Source: a virus
Taxonomy: Duplodnaviria; Caudoviricetes
Virus record (IMG/VR): IMGVR_UViG_3300022407_002384
Coordinates: 1 to 43,138 of that record
DNA length: 43,138 nt
Strand: one strand, 5' to 3'
The translations under genes were made by a program, and so were the position numbers. Below the pieces are notes generated by a model. It had not been told where the DNA came from, did no database searches, and was given only the letters and a program-made list of their open reading frames with translations. Positions within the stretch are counted from its first letter, which is position 1. The number at the start of each line of letters is the position of its first letter. Positions 15,905 to 24,875 of the stretch are shown here, piece by piece.

Positions 15905-16683
15905 GCGTGCAGGCCATTTCCGCAGCGTTCGCCGTTCAGGGCCTTTCGCCATCTGAAAAGCTGGTCCTGTTGGCGCTTGCCAATTTTGCGGATTCGGATG
16001 GCCGTTGCTGGCCGTCGCAAGCCCGGTTGGCCCTAGATACAGGCCTGACAGATCGCCAAATCCGCCGGGTGTTTGTCTCGCTTGTCGATGCCGGATTGAT
16101 GACCAAAGAGCATCGCCGGAGGAGCGACGGATACCGTGCGAGCGACCTGATTACGCTGACAATCTTTGAGGACACGGTGTCCGCAAAGGAAAAACCTTAC
16201 CGGACATTTCAGGACGACCTTACCGGACATTTGGAGCCGATCTTACCGGACACCATGTCCTACCTCACTACGTTAGAACCGTCAGAGGAACCGTCAGTAG
16301 AACCAAGAAAGATAGATCGACCACGTGAGGCCGATCCGTTTGATGAGTTTTGGGCTGCTTATCCTCGCAAGGTTGGAAAGCCCAAAGCGAAGGCGGCCTA
16401 TCAATCTGCGCTAAGGCGCTGCACCGGACCACCCGACATCATGGCCGGTCTGGCCCCGTGGGTGGCCGCTTGGACAGACCCGAGATTTATCCCGCACCCG
16501 ACAACCTGGCTCACCCGCGACGGGTGGAACGACAAACCGGAACCCGCCAATGTCCGACCTGACCACAATTCCGCCCAACTCGCCGCCCGCGAAGCCCGCT
16601 TCGCCGCAGCTTTCGCCGGTGCTGAGAACGCTTCTCGTGCAAGAGCCATCGACGGAGACAGCCTGTCGCTTGATCGGGTCTGA
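15901..16683 (+). CDS. Phage replication initiator (N-terminal wHTH, lambda O-like position)
   Basis: KLVLLALANFAD..G.CWPSQ.RLA..TG; C-terminal FDEFWAAYPRKVGK..A...Y and PHPTTWL...W; contains iterons. Confidence 0.85.
   Translation: MSVQAISAAFAVQGLSPSEKLVLLALANFADSDGRCWPSQARLALDTGLTDRQIRRVFVSLVDAGLMTKEHRRRSDGYRASDLITLTIFEDTVSAKEKPYRTFQDDLTGHLEPILPDTMSYLTTLEPSEEPSVEPRKIDRPREADPFDEFWAAYPRKVGKPKAKAAYQSALRRCTGPPDIMAGLAPWVAAWTDPRFIPHPTTWLTRDGWNDKPEPANVRPDHNSAQLAAREARFAAAFAGAENASRARAIDGDSLSLDRV
16170..16304. repeat. Iteron array / probable replication origin
   Basis: CTTACCGGACA three times with 23-bp period (units begin 16195, 16218, 16241); GGACA-N3-TGTCC palindromes at 16170 and 16248; GAACCGTCAG repeats at 12-bp spacing. 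Confidence 0.8.
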
Positions 16684-17260
16684 CCCGGCTATGCTTGCCG
16701 AAGTCCGCGAGAAGTTGCCGGAAATCAGGGAACACGCGACCCGCCCGGCTGGCGACGAAGGCGTTAAGCGCGTGGTCGGTCCTCGCCTAGCCATCTTCCC
16801 GCCGGGGCAGCGCGTGGACGGCGAGTGGGACGCGTGGTGGTCAGATTACTTCCTCGTGCTGCGCGGCGTCCCTGAGACGGCGCTAGAGGCTGGCATGGTG
16901 GCTTGGCTCAAAAACCCGGATAGCCAATTTATGCCGAAGCCCGGCGCCCTTCTGGCCTTGGCCAAGTCCACCATTAACGGCGCGGCGCGAGCCTATGAGC
17001 GGGCCAAGTCGGCGCTCGAATGGCAACCGCCCCGCGATTACGAAATCCGCCAGATCGAAGCCCCGACCCCGCGTGGCATTGACGAGCCGACACGAAGCGA
17101 CAAGGAACGGGTCAAGGCGATGATGGCCGAGTTCATGGCCAAGCGCCTGGAGAAGCCTATAGACACGCGGCCTCTACCTATTCCATCATCGGTCGATAGC
17201 GTCGGCATCAGCGCCGAAATGCGCGCTCTAATGCAGCGCCGCGAGGCCCGCGAAGCATGA
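16550..17260 (+). CDS. Replication accessory protein (helicase loader/P-like position)
   Basis: Follows the initiator; WW.DY...L...P...L......W......FMPKPG.L pattern. Confidence 0.6.
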   Translation: MSDLTTIPPNSPPAKPASPQLSPVLRTLLVQEPSTETACRLIGSDPAMLAEVREKLPEIREHATRPAGDEGVKRVVGPRLAIFPPGQRVDGEWDAWWSDYFLVLRGVPETALEAGMVAWLKNPDSQFMPKPGALLALAKSTINGAARAYERAKSALEWQPPRDYEIRQIEAPTPRGIDEPTRSDKERVKAMMAEFMAKRLEKPIDTRPLPIPSSVDSVGISAEMRALMQRREAREA

Positions 17261-17391
17261 CCGATAAGCTGACATACACCCTTTACATGGGCCTTCGGCA
17301 ATTCGGCATCTTCATGACCGAAGAGCAGATGGCCTGGCTCATCGAGAAGATGGCGGCCCGTGGCGTTGTGCTTGCGGAGCGTTCCGAATGA
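17257..17391 (+). CDS. 44-aa hypothetical protein
   Basis: ATGA overlaps at both ends; below the ORF-track cutoff. Confidence 0.6.
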   Translation: MTDKLTYTLYMGLRQFGIFMTEEQMAWLIEKMAARGVVLAERSE

Positions 17392-17570
17392 TCCCCCGCA
17401 TCTCCGAAGCTCTAGACGCAGAGCTGCTTAGGCAGACGCACGGGCTGGCCTACATCGACGCTGAACGCCTCGCCCTCGCTGCAATCGAGGAAATCGCAAA
17501 CCAGCTCGCCAAGGAAGGGTTCACACACCCTGCCCGGTGGCTTCGGTCTCAGATCGGGGAAAAGGCATGA
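17388..17570 (+). CDS. Hypothetical protein
   Basis: 60 aa; coupled. Confidence 0.65.
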   Translation: MIPRISEALDAELLRQTHGLAYIDAERLALAAIEEIANQLAKEGFTHPARWLRSQIGEKA

Positions 17571-17761
17571 CCAGAGTTGAAATCCGCCGGCAGGCTGAAT
17601 GCTTCGACTGGTCCGAGTGGTTCGGTGTAGACGACATCGCCTCGCCAAGCCCTCGCCACGTGAGCCGCTACGCAGAGTTGGCGCGCTCAGACCAGACGCC
17701 CGTGATGACGATCCTTCACCGCGCGAACGGGCAGCGCGAGATCATGGGGCGCAATGCATGA
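17567..17761 (+). CDS. Hypothetical protein
   Basis: ATG 17567 overlaps the previous stop. Confidence 0.6.
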   Translation: MTRVEIRRQAECFDWSEWFGVDDIASPSPRHVSRYAELARSDQTPVMTILHRANGQREIMGRNA

Positions 17762-18264
17762 CCTGGTATGTCGCCTATACCGGAGTCCGCCAAGAGCTCC
17801 GCGCCGTCGCATCCCTCGCCGAACGGGGCATTGAAGCCTATGTCCCCTGCGAGAAGCACCTGCGCTCTCACGCACGCATTAAGGACACCGTAGAGCGCCC
17901 GATGCTCCCTCGTTACCTGTTCTTCAAGCTGAACGACGGACAGAGCTTCTACACGGTCAAACAGACGGACGGCATTGAGGGCTTCATCGGTGCCAGCCAG
18001 CCGCAATCTATCCCGTTCGAGTGGGTTCACGAAATCCGCGAACGCGAACGCGCCGGGCACTTTGACTACACCCAAGGCAAGGGGATAACCTACGCCAACG
18101 GCGAGGCGGTGAAGATCATCGGCGGCCCGTTTGCCGGGATGCTCGCCACCATCATGGAGGCCAAGCCGGGCGCAAAGCGGGTGTCGGTGTTCATCAAGGC
18201 GCTCGGGAGGCTTACGGGTGGCCCGGCGAAGATTGCGGTTGGGGATTTGGGGAAGGCGGCGTGA
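17758..18264 (+). CDS. NusG/RfaH-family transcription antitermination factor
   Basis: NGN domain WYVAYT...E......L...GIEAYVP...PMLPRYLF; KOW domain GEAVKIIGGPFAG; lies in the lambda Q position. Confidence 0.9.
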   Translation: MTWYVAYTGVRQELRAVASLAERGIEAYVPCEKHLRSHARIKDTVERPMLPRYLFFKLNDGQSFYTVKQTDGIEGFIGASQPQSIPFEWVHEIRERERAGHFDYTQGKGITYANGEAVKIIGGPFAGMLATIMEAKPGAKRVSVFIKALGRLTGGPAKIAVGDLGKAA

Positions 18265-18269
18265 GAGAT

Positions 18270-18320
18270 GGCGGAAACCCATCCGGGATAGTTTCCGCCG
18301 GTTTCCGCCGGTTTCCGGCA
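18270..18320. repeat. Inverted plus tandem repeat after the nusG-like gene
   Basis: GGCGGAAAC followed by GTTTCCGCCG, GTTTCCGCCG, GTTTCCGGCA. Confidence 0.8.
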
Positions 18321-18371
18321 GCGCAACTCCACCTCTTAGTGATTATGCTGTTAGCATACCAAAGGCTGACG

Positions 18372-18569
18372 ATGGAAAATGACGAGAAAATCGAAATCGA
18401 GATCACAGACGCGATGATCGAGGCGGCGGACGGTTGGACTGTGAGCAGTCTCGATTTCGCCTCCCAACGGGCGGATTCCTACATCCGCATCTTTAAGGCT
18501 ATGGCCGGTGCCTGCCCCGCCCTTTCCTCCGTCAAAATCGTTGATAGACGAGGTCCTGTTTGGGAATGA
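18372..18569 (+). CDS. Hypothetical protein
   Basis: ATG 18372; EITDAMIEA motif. Confidence 0.65.
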   Translation: MENDEKIEIEITDAMIEAADGWTVSSLDFASQRADSYIRIFKAMAGACPALSSVKIVDRRGPVWE

Positions 18570-18876
18570 CGTGGGCGAAGTCCCACCTCTTGCGGTTTCC
18601 AGCGAATTACCCCACAACATGCGGTAATGGACGCTAACGCGTCTCGGGCAAACGGCGGATCGAATAGAGCGGGTAAGGCCCGCGCGCCAGAACCCGGTGA
18701 GAATGAGGGCCAAGGTCCAAATTTTTCACCATGAGGGCGAAGTCGTCTTCAAATCCAAAAACACCGCCCCGCTGCCATGGGGTAGAGCGCGGACCAAGAG
18801 CTTCACGGCGCCCGGTGTCCGCATGGACCCCTGACGCGTTCCGGGCTTGGCAGGCCGGTGCGCCGTGGAGAATGCC

Positions 18877-19389
18877 ATGGTTGGCCGCATTGAGCTTAAC
18901 AAGGGAAACCAAATTGCCTTTGTGGACGACGAGGATGAGCCTCGTGTTCGGGCGGCGGGAAAATGGATGATCGTGTTCGCCGATACGAACCGATACGCCC
19001 AAATGACCCGCAAGCCGTTTCCGCTTCATCACCGATCGCTTCATCGGTTCGTAATGAACGCCAAGCCTGGCGAATTGTTCGACCACATCGACGGAAACGG
19101 CCTGAACAACCAGAAGGCCAATCTCAGGCTGGCAACCCATCAGCAGAACGTCTGGAATTCCCGCGCTCCTCGCTACATGGGCAAGCTATCCCGTTTTAAG
19201 GGCGTCTCTGCTGATGGCGGGCGCTGGACTGCCGGGATCACGTTCCACGGAATTAAGACCTCGCTTGGCCTGTTCACTCACGAGGAGGACGCGGCCCGCG
19301 CCTACGACAAGGCCGCGCTCGAATGCTTCGGCGAGTTCGCCAAGACCAATTGGATGATGGGTCTCTATGCAGACCAGCAGCCCAAGTAA
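18877..19389 (+). CDS. HNH homing endonuclease with C-terminal AP2 domain
   Basis: LHRFVM...DHIDGNGLNNQKANLRLAT..QN..N; SRFKGV...W.A.I......LG.F..EEDAARAYD.AA...FGEFA. Confidence 0.92.
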   Translation: MVGRIELNKGNQIAFVDDEDEPRVRAAGKWMIVFADTNRYAQMTRKPFPLHHRSLHRFVMNAKPGELFDHIDGNGLNNQKANLRLATHQQNVWNSRAPRYMGKLSRFKGVSADGGRWTAGITFHGIKTSLGLFTHEEDAARAYDKAALECFGEFAKTNWMMGLYADQQPK

Positions 19390-19540
19390 TTCGCCGCCGG
19401 TCAGGTCCCAACCCCGCAAAGCGCATACATGACCGCTAGACCGCGCGGCGAAACCCCATCCCGTCTTCATGCTCGGATGCTACGGCAAAGGCTGACTGAC
19501 GGGCCGATTTTGAAATCAATCATAGGAAATCAAATCAACG

Positions 19541-19813
19541 ATGGCTCGCGGTGGACCGCGCCCGGGAGCAGGCAGAAAGCCCGGTGCGCGAGACAAGCTG
19601 GCGAAGGAGACTGCCGAGCGCGTAGCCGCAGAGGGCATCACCCCGCTGGATTTTCTGCTGTCTGTCATGCGTGACGGTGAAGAGGAAAAGGTCAAGCGTA
19701 TCGAGGCGGCCAAGGCTGCTGCGCCTTACGTCCATGCGCGCCTCAACAGCGTTGACGCCAACTTCCACGGCGACATGGAGATAATCGGGAAGATCGTATG
19801 GGGCGGGTCGTAG
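19541..19813 (+). CDS. terS: Terminase small subunit
   Basis: RGG.RPGAGRK.G N-terminus, TPLDFLL..MRD...R..AA.AAAPYVH; directly upstream of TerL. Confidence 0.8.
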   Translation: MARGGPRPGAGRKPGARDKLAKETAERVAAEGITPLDFLLSVMRDGEEEKVKRIEAAKAAAPYVHARLNSVDANFHGDMEIIGKIVWGGS

Positions 19814-21078
19814 AACTTCGCTCCCCCTACATACCGCGCAGCCAGTTCGACCCGCTGCACAAGCGCAAGACGCGCTGGTTTGTTGGGGTAGCGCATCGAA
19901 GGGCCGGGAAGACGGTCGCCTGCGTCAATGACCTGATCAAAGGCGCGGTGCGGTGCGAGTTGCAGAACCCAAGGTTTGCCTACATTGCGCCGCATCTCAA
20001 CCAGGCCAAAGACGTCGCGTGGTCCTACCTGAAAGAGTTCACGGCATTCATTCCGGGCCGCAAGGTCAACGAATCTGAGTTGTGGGTTGAGCTGCCTGGT
20101 GGCCGTCGCATTCGCATTTATGGCGCTGACAACCCGGATCGGCTGAGGGGTATCTACCTCGACGGCGTTGTGCTGGATGAGTTCGGCGACATGGACCCCA
20201 CAGTGTGGTCTCAGGTCATCCGCCCCGCTCTTGCTGATCGGCAGGGCTGGGCGGCGTTTATCGGCACGCCTAAGGGCAAGAACGCCTTTCACAAGGTGTG
20301 GATAGACGCCGCCACTGACGACGCGTGGACGCGCCTGCTGCTTAAGGCAAGCGAGACCGAAATTCTGGCGGCTGACGAACTTGCTGCCGCTCGCCGGGCC
20401 ATGTCCAAAGACGAATACGACCAGGAGTTCGAGTGTTCGTTTGAGGCGGCGGTCAAGGGCGCCTACTACGGCGAGGAGATGGTCAAGGCAGAGGCGCAGG
20501 GGCGCATCTGTCGGGTGGCCTATGATCCTCGCCTTCCGGTTCACACGGCGTGGGACCTTGGCATGTCGGACTCGACGGCCATCTGGTTTGTTCAGGTGGT
20601 CAATCGGGAATACCGCATCATTGACTACTACCGGGCCGATGGGGTCGGGCTGGACCATTACGCGAGGGTCTTGCAGGAGCGAGGCTACCTATACGGCGAG
20701 CACCACCTACCCCACGACGTGCAGGTGCGCGAGCTGGGGACGGGCAAGAGCCGCGTTGAGGTTCTGGCAGAGTTGGGCATCCGGGCGATAGCTGGACGCG
20801 CTCTGCCGGTTCACGACGGCATTCAGGCGGTGCGTATGTTGCTCCCCCTTTGCTGGTTCGACGAGGACCGCTGCCGGGAGGGGATCGAAGCCCTTCGCAT
20901 GTATCGGCGCGAATACGACGAGAAGCGCCAGGAGTTCCGAAACGCGCCGCTCCACGACTGGACCAGTCACCCGGCTGACGCGTTCCGCACCTTCGCAATG
21001 GGATATCGGACGCCATACAATGACTATGAGGAAGACGACCGATATGCAGAAAACCGTAGCGGCGTCACAGGCTACTGA
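19798..21078 (+). CDS. terL: Terminase large subunit
   Basis: HRRAGKT Walker A, VVLDE Walker B, GTPKG motif, nuclease WDLG..D...HD.TSH.ADA. Confidence 0.95.
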   Translation: MGRVVELRSPYIPRSQFDPLHKRKTRWFVGVAHRRAGKTVACVNDLIKGAVRCELQNPRFAYIAPHLNQAKDVAWSYLKEFTAFIPGRKVNESELWVELPGGRRIRIYGADNPDRLRGIYLDGVVLDEFGDMDPTVWSQVIRPALADRQGWAAFIGTPKGKNAFHKVWIDAATDDAWTRLLLKASETEILAADELAAARRAMSKDEYDQEFECSFEAAVKGAYYGEEMVKAEAQGRICRVAYDPRLPVHTAWDLGMSDSTAIWFVQVVNREYRIIDYYRADGVGLDHYARVLQERGYLYGEHHLPHDVQVRELGTGKSRVEVLAELGIRAIAGRALPVHDGIQAVRMLLPLCWFDEDRCREGIEALRMYRREYDEKRQEFRNAPLHDWTSHPADAFRTFAMGYRTPYNDYEEDDRYAENRSGVTGY

Positions 21079-21080
21079 GC

Positions 21081-23198
21081 GTGGCTGACGTCGCCATGTA
21101 TGATGATGAGATGACCGACGCCCCGGAAGACCCGGCGGCTGGGTCGTTCGACATCATCGCCGCCATTACATCGGTTAATCTCGTCCCTGATCTGGATGAA
21201 AACGAAGTCACGTCTATCGGTCGGCGCGTGGTCGATGAATATCAGATGGACCTCGAAAGCCGGAAGAAGGAAGGCTGGGACGCGAAATACAAGGCCGCGA
21301 TGGATATGGCCTTGCAGATCAAAGAGGACAAAAACTACCCGTGGCCGGGTGCGGCGAACATCAAATACCCGCTGATTGCCACGGCGGCCATTCAGTTCAA
21401 TGCGCGGGCTTACCCGGCGATCATTGACGGCTGGAACGTGGTGAAGGGCAAGGTGATCGGCCCGTCCACCCCTGAGAAGCGGGAGCGCGCGGACCGTATC
21501 GCGGCGCATATGTCCTACCAGCTCATTGAGGAGATGGACGGGTGGGAGGAAGACACCGACCGGCTCTTGCTCATGCTGCCCGTTGTCGGCTCGGTCATGC
21601 GGAAGACGTGGTTTGACCCGATCAAGGGTTACAATTGCTCCTCGCTCGTCCCGGCTGATCGCTTCGTGGTCAACTACTGGACCAAGGACCTGGCATCGTG
21701 CCCGCGCTCGACTGAGGAATGCGACTACTACCCGAACGAGATCGAAGAGCGGTTCCGCTCCGGTCTCTGGACGCGGGTAGATATCGGCGAAACTGAATCC
21801 GAAGACGAGTTCGCGCCTCATCGGTTCCTTGAACAACACCGCCTGCTGGACCTCGACGGGGACGGATATTACGAGCCTTATGTCGTCACGGTGCATCAAG
21901 AGACGGGCCGTGTGGTTCGCATCGTGGCCCGGTTCGACGAAGACGGCATGGAGATGAACCGCGAGGAAGTCGTCCGGATCACGCCGGTTCTCTACTACAC
22001 GAAATATGGGTTCGTCCCTTCGCCCGATGGTGCGTTCTATGACATCGGGTTCGGGATGCTGCTGACGGCTCTCAATGAGACGATCAACAGCACGATCAAT
22101 CAGCTCATGGACGCGGGCCACCTTGCCAACGTGCAGGGCGGTTTTCTGGGTTCCGGCATCTCCATGAAGTCCGGCGCCGTTCGGATGAAGCCCGGCGAGT
22201 GGAAGCGGGTGGAGACGACCGGCGGGGCATTGCGGGATAGTGTGGTTCCCCTGCCGGTCAAGGAGCCGTCGTCGGTCCTGTTCAACCTGCTGGGCATGTT
22301 GATCGAAGCCACGAAGGACATCACGGCCACAAAGGACATCCTGACGGGGGAGCAGCCTGCGAATACCCCGGTTGGAACGACGCTGGCGCTGATCGAACAG
22401 GGCCTCAAGGTCTTCACAGCGATTTACAAGCGCATTCACCGCTCACTGAAGGGCGAGTTTGCGCTGCTGTATCGCCTGAACCGCCTCTATCTCCAGCCGG
22501 AAGCCTACTTCGAGTTTCAGGACCAGCAGGGCGTTGTGGCCCAAGCGGACTACGCTGAGAAGGGCGTGGACGTTGTTCCGGTGTCTGACCCAACCGTGGT
22601 GTCGGACATGCAGAAGATGGGCCGAGCGCAGTTCCTGATGCAGTTCCTTGGCAAAGGGCTGAACGATCAGGAGATCATCAAGCGCGTGCTGGAAGCGGCG
22701 AGTATTCCGGACATCAAGTCGCTTATGCCTGAAGGGCCGCCTCCTCCCGATCCCAAGGCGGCGCAGGAGATGATGAAGCTGACGCTGGACAAGCGGAAGC
22801 TGGACATTGATGCGGCTGTCGCGGAGGCGAAGATCGCCGTTGACGACGCCAACGCCCGGAAGATCACGCTCGAAACAGAGATGATGGCGCCGGGCACGTT
22901 TGAACAGTTGATGGCGATGGTTGAAATGGCCGTCGCCAAGAGGATGGGCGAGGACCAGCAGGAACAGCCCGAGCAGCTAGAACAGGGCGAGCCGCCCGAA
23001 CCGCAGGAAATGCCCGATGATGGACCGCCAGAAGTTCTCGGAATGGAAGGCGAACCCGTTGACAGTGGAGTTCCTGAAATACCTGAAGGACAACCAGACG
23101 GCTTTGATGGCGGCATGGGGCCGGGGGGAGAGTTTGACCCCGGAGCACCAATGCAAGGCGGCCCTGATGGGGGAGTTGTCGAACCTGGAATGGGCTGA
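21081..23198 (+). CDS. Portal protein
   Basis: 705 aa after TerL; PWPGAAN...P.I..AAIQF; TT.ALIEQG.KVF.AIYKR; acidic tail. Confidence 0.88.
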   Translation: MADVAMYDDEMTDAPEDPAAGSFDIIAAITSVNLVPDLDENEVTSIGRRVVDEYQMDLESRKKEGWDAKYKAAMDMALQIKEDKNYPWPGAANIKYPLIATAAIQFNARAYPAIIDGWNVVKGKVIGPSTPEKRERADRIAAHMSYQLIEEMDGWEEDTDRLLLMLPVVGSVMRKTWFDPIKGYNCSSLVPADRFVVNYWTKDLASCPRSTEECDYYPNEIEERFRSGLWTRVDIGETESEDEFAPHRFLEQHRLLDLDGDGYYEPYVVTVHQETGRVVRIVARFDEDGMEMNREEVVRITPVLYYTKYGFVPSPDGAFYDIGFGMLLTALNETINSTINQLMDAGHLANVQGGFLGSGISMKSGAVRMKPGEWKRVETTGGALRDSVVPLPVKEPSSVLFNLLGMLIEATKDITATKDILTGEQPANTPVGTTLALIEQGLKVFTAIYKRIHRSLKGEFALLYRLNRLYLQPEAYFEFQDQQGVVAQADYAEKGVDVVPVSDPTVVSDMQKMGRAQFLMQFLGKGLNDQEIIKRVLEAASIPDIKSLMPEGPPPPDPKAAQEMMKLTLDKRKLDIDAAVAEAKIAVDDANARKITLETEMMAPGTFEQLMAMVEMAVAKRMGEDQQEQPEQLEQGEPPEPQEMPDDGPPEVLGMEGEPVDSGVPEIPEGQPDGFDGGMGPGGEFDPGAPMQGGPDGGVVEPGMG

Positions 23199-23241
23199 TT
23201 ACGCCACGTTTTACGAGATCGAAGAAGATTCCACGCCCTAG
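23017..23241 (+). CDS. Small head-module protein overlapping the portal 3' end
   Basis: F.EWK.NP.T..FL.YL pattern; globular-looking composition; AGGA upstream. Confidence 0.65.
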   Translation: MMDRQKFSEWKANPLTVEFLKYLKDNQTALMAAWGRGESLTPEHQCKAALMGELSNLEWADYATFYEIEEDSTP

Positions 23242-23287
23242 AGCGTGAGTAGCAGCCCGCACGGGCAACCCAAGCAGAGATGACCAC

Positions 23288-23602
23288 ATGAACCCCAGCG
23301 GGATAGTCCCGACTGACGTCAAGGTGTTGTTTTTCCCCGACCCGGTTGAAGAGAAGACCGCCGGGGGGATCATCCGCCCTGACATGCTCAAAGAGCGTGA
23401 GCAATACGCCACTGTGAAGGGAACAATCCTCGCAGTGGGTCCTAACGCCTTCCTCGAATGGGGCGCGGGCAACGGTCCAGTGGCCGGTAGTCGCGTCGTG
23501 ACGGCTCAATATGCGGGCCTGAACATCGACGGGGCGGATGGCCGGAAATACCGGCTTTGCAACGATGAAGACATCATCGGCATCCTGAAGGAAGACCAAT
23601 GA
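23288..23602 (+). CDS. groES: Co-chaperonin GroES (Cpn10) homolog
   Basis: EEKTAGGII mobile loop, G.ILAVGP, YAG..I...DG..Y...NDEDIIGIL. Confidence 0.9.
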   Translation: MNPSGIVPTDVKVLFFPDPVEEKTAGGIIRPDMLKEREQYATVKGTILAVGPNAFLEWGAGNGPVAGSRVVTAQYAGLNIDGADGRKYRLCNDEDIIGILKEDQ

Positions 23603-24372
23603 GCGAGGCCCCAGAGAGCGCCGTGGAGCCCGTTGAGGCTGCTGCGGTAGAGCAAGCCGCACCAGAACCTGTCGAGGCTGTAGAGGACAAGGCCAGACGC
23701 CTTGGCTGGCGGCCTAAAGATGAGTTCAAGGGCGACGAAGGCCGCTGGATTGACGCGGACACGTTCGTCAAGCGCGGCGAGGAAATCCTGCCCATCGTGC
23801 AGGCCAATAACAAGGCGCTGGAAAAGGAAGTCGCCAGCCTCAAAAAGACGCTGAAGGAGTTCAGCGCGCACCATTCGCAGGTTGAACAGCGAGCCTATAA
23901 GGCGGCGCTACGGGACCTGGAGGCGCGTCAGGCCGCTGCCGTTGAGGCCAACGATCTGGGCGAAGTGCGCGAAATCACCCGCGAGATTGCCGATCTTGGC
24001 CGTGAGGCGGCGCCGATAAACCGGGAAGACCCCGCTCTGACGGACTGGAAGGATGAAAATCCGTGGTTCGTGAAAGACCCGATCATGCGCGCCGCTGCTG
24101 TGGCGATTGTGGACGGGCTCATTGCAGACGGCGTGACCAATCTGGATCGCCAGCTTTCCGCCGTGGACAAGCGCATCCGGGAGGAGTTTCCGCACAAGTT
24201 CAATAACCCGCGCCGGTCGCAAGCCGCTGCTGTTGAGGGCTCCTCAACGCCACGCCGCACGCCCGGAAAAACCCTCGCCGACCTGCCGCCTGAAGCGCGT
24301 GCAGCGGCGATCAAGTGGGACAAACAGGGTGTTCTCCCCATTGCCCAATACCTCAAGGAGTATCAGTGGTGA
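23599..24372 (+). CDS. Capsid scaffolding protein
   Basis: Acidic N-terminus, long coiled coil, W..ENPWF; located between portal and capsid. Confidence 0.75.
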   Translation: MSEAPESAVEPVEAAAVEQAAPEPVEAVEDKARRLGWRPKDEFKGDEGRWIDADTFVKRGEEILPIVQANNKALEKEVASLKKTLKEFSAHHSQVEQRAYKAALRDLEARQAAAVEANDLGEVREITREIADLGREAAPINREDPALTDWKDENPWFVKDPIMRAAAVAIVDGLIADGVTNLDRQLSAVDKRIREEFPHKFNNPRRSQAAAVEGSSTPRRTPGKTLADLPPEARAAAIKWDKQGVLPIAQYLKEYQW

Positions 24373-24857
24373 GCGACATCAACGAAACACCCCGTGGCCC
24401 CGGTCGCCCTCGCAAAGAAGTCAGTGAATCTGGCGAGGCAGTTCCGGTTTCCCTCCGTCGCAAACGCGGCGCGGCGGGTATGCTTCGGCTCAAGCTGGAC
24501 GCGGAAAAGCGCCCCGGCTACGTCCGCCGATGGGTGGACAATACCCCGTCCCGCATCCTTGCGATGCAGGACCTGGGCTACGCGATGGCCTCGCAAAAGG
24601 CTGGAGACGGCGCGTCCCGCACCGATGGGATGGGCACCGGTATTTCCCGACACGCAGGAAAGCGGGAGAACGGCGAGCCCCAACAGATGGTGCTGATGGA
24701 GTGCCGTGAAGAGGATTACGCCGCTGGCGTGTCCGAGAAGGAAGAAATGCTCAAGCCGTTCGAGGAAGCACTTCGCGCGGGACGCGATACGACCGGCAGG
24801 CTGGGCGATGCATACGAGCCGCGCGATGGGCGCAGCTCGATCTCTCACAAGGGCTAA
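24369..24857 (+). CDS. Hypothetical head-module protein
   Basis: GTG 24369 overlaps the scaffold stop; PGYVRRWV...RI......GY motif. Confidence 0.7.
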   Translation: MSDINETPRGPGRPRKEVSESGEAVPVSLRRKRGAAGMLRLKLDAEKRPGYVRRWVDNTPSRILAMQDLGYAMASQKAGDGASRTDGMGTGISRHAGKRENGEPQQMVLMECREEDYAAGVSEKEEMLKPFEEALRAGRDTTGRLGDAYEPRDGRSSISHKG

Positions 24858-24875
24858 GGCCCAAGGATTTTCAAC

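Noticed and set aside
18600-19540. Group I intron or hammerhead ribozyme around the HNH-AP2 gene
   Set aside because: No interrupted host gene or P7-type conserved sequences seen; CTGACGC does not match the hammerhead CUGANGA core
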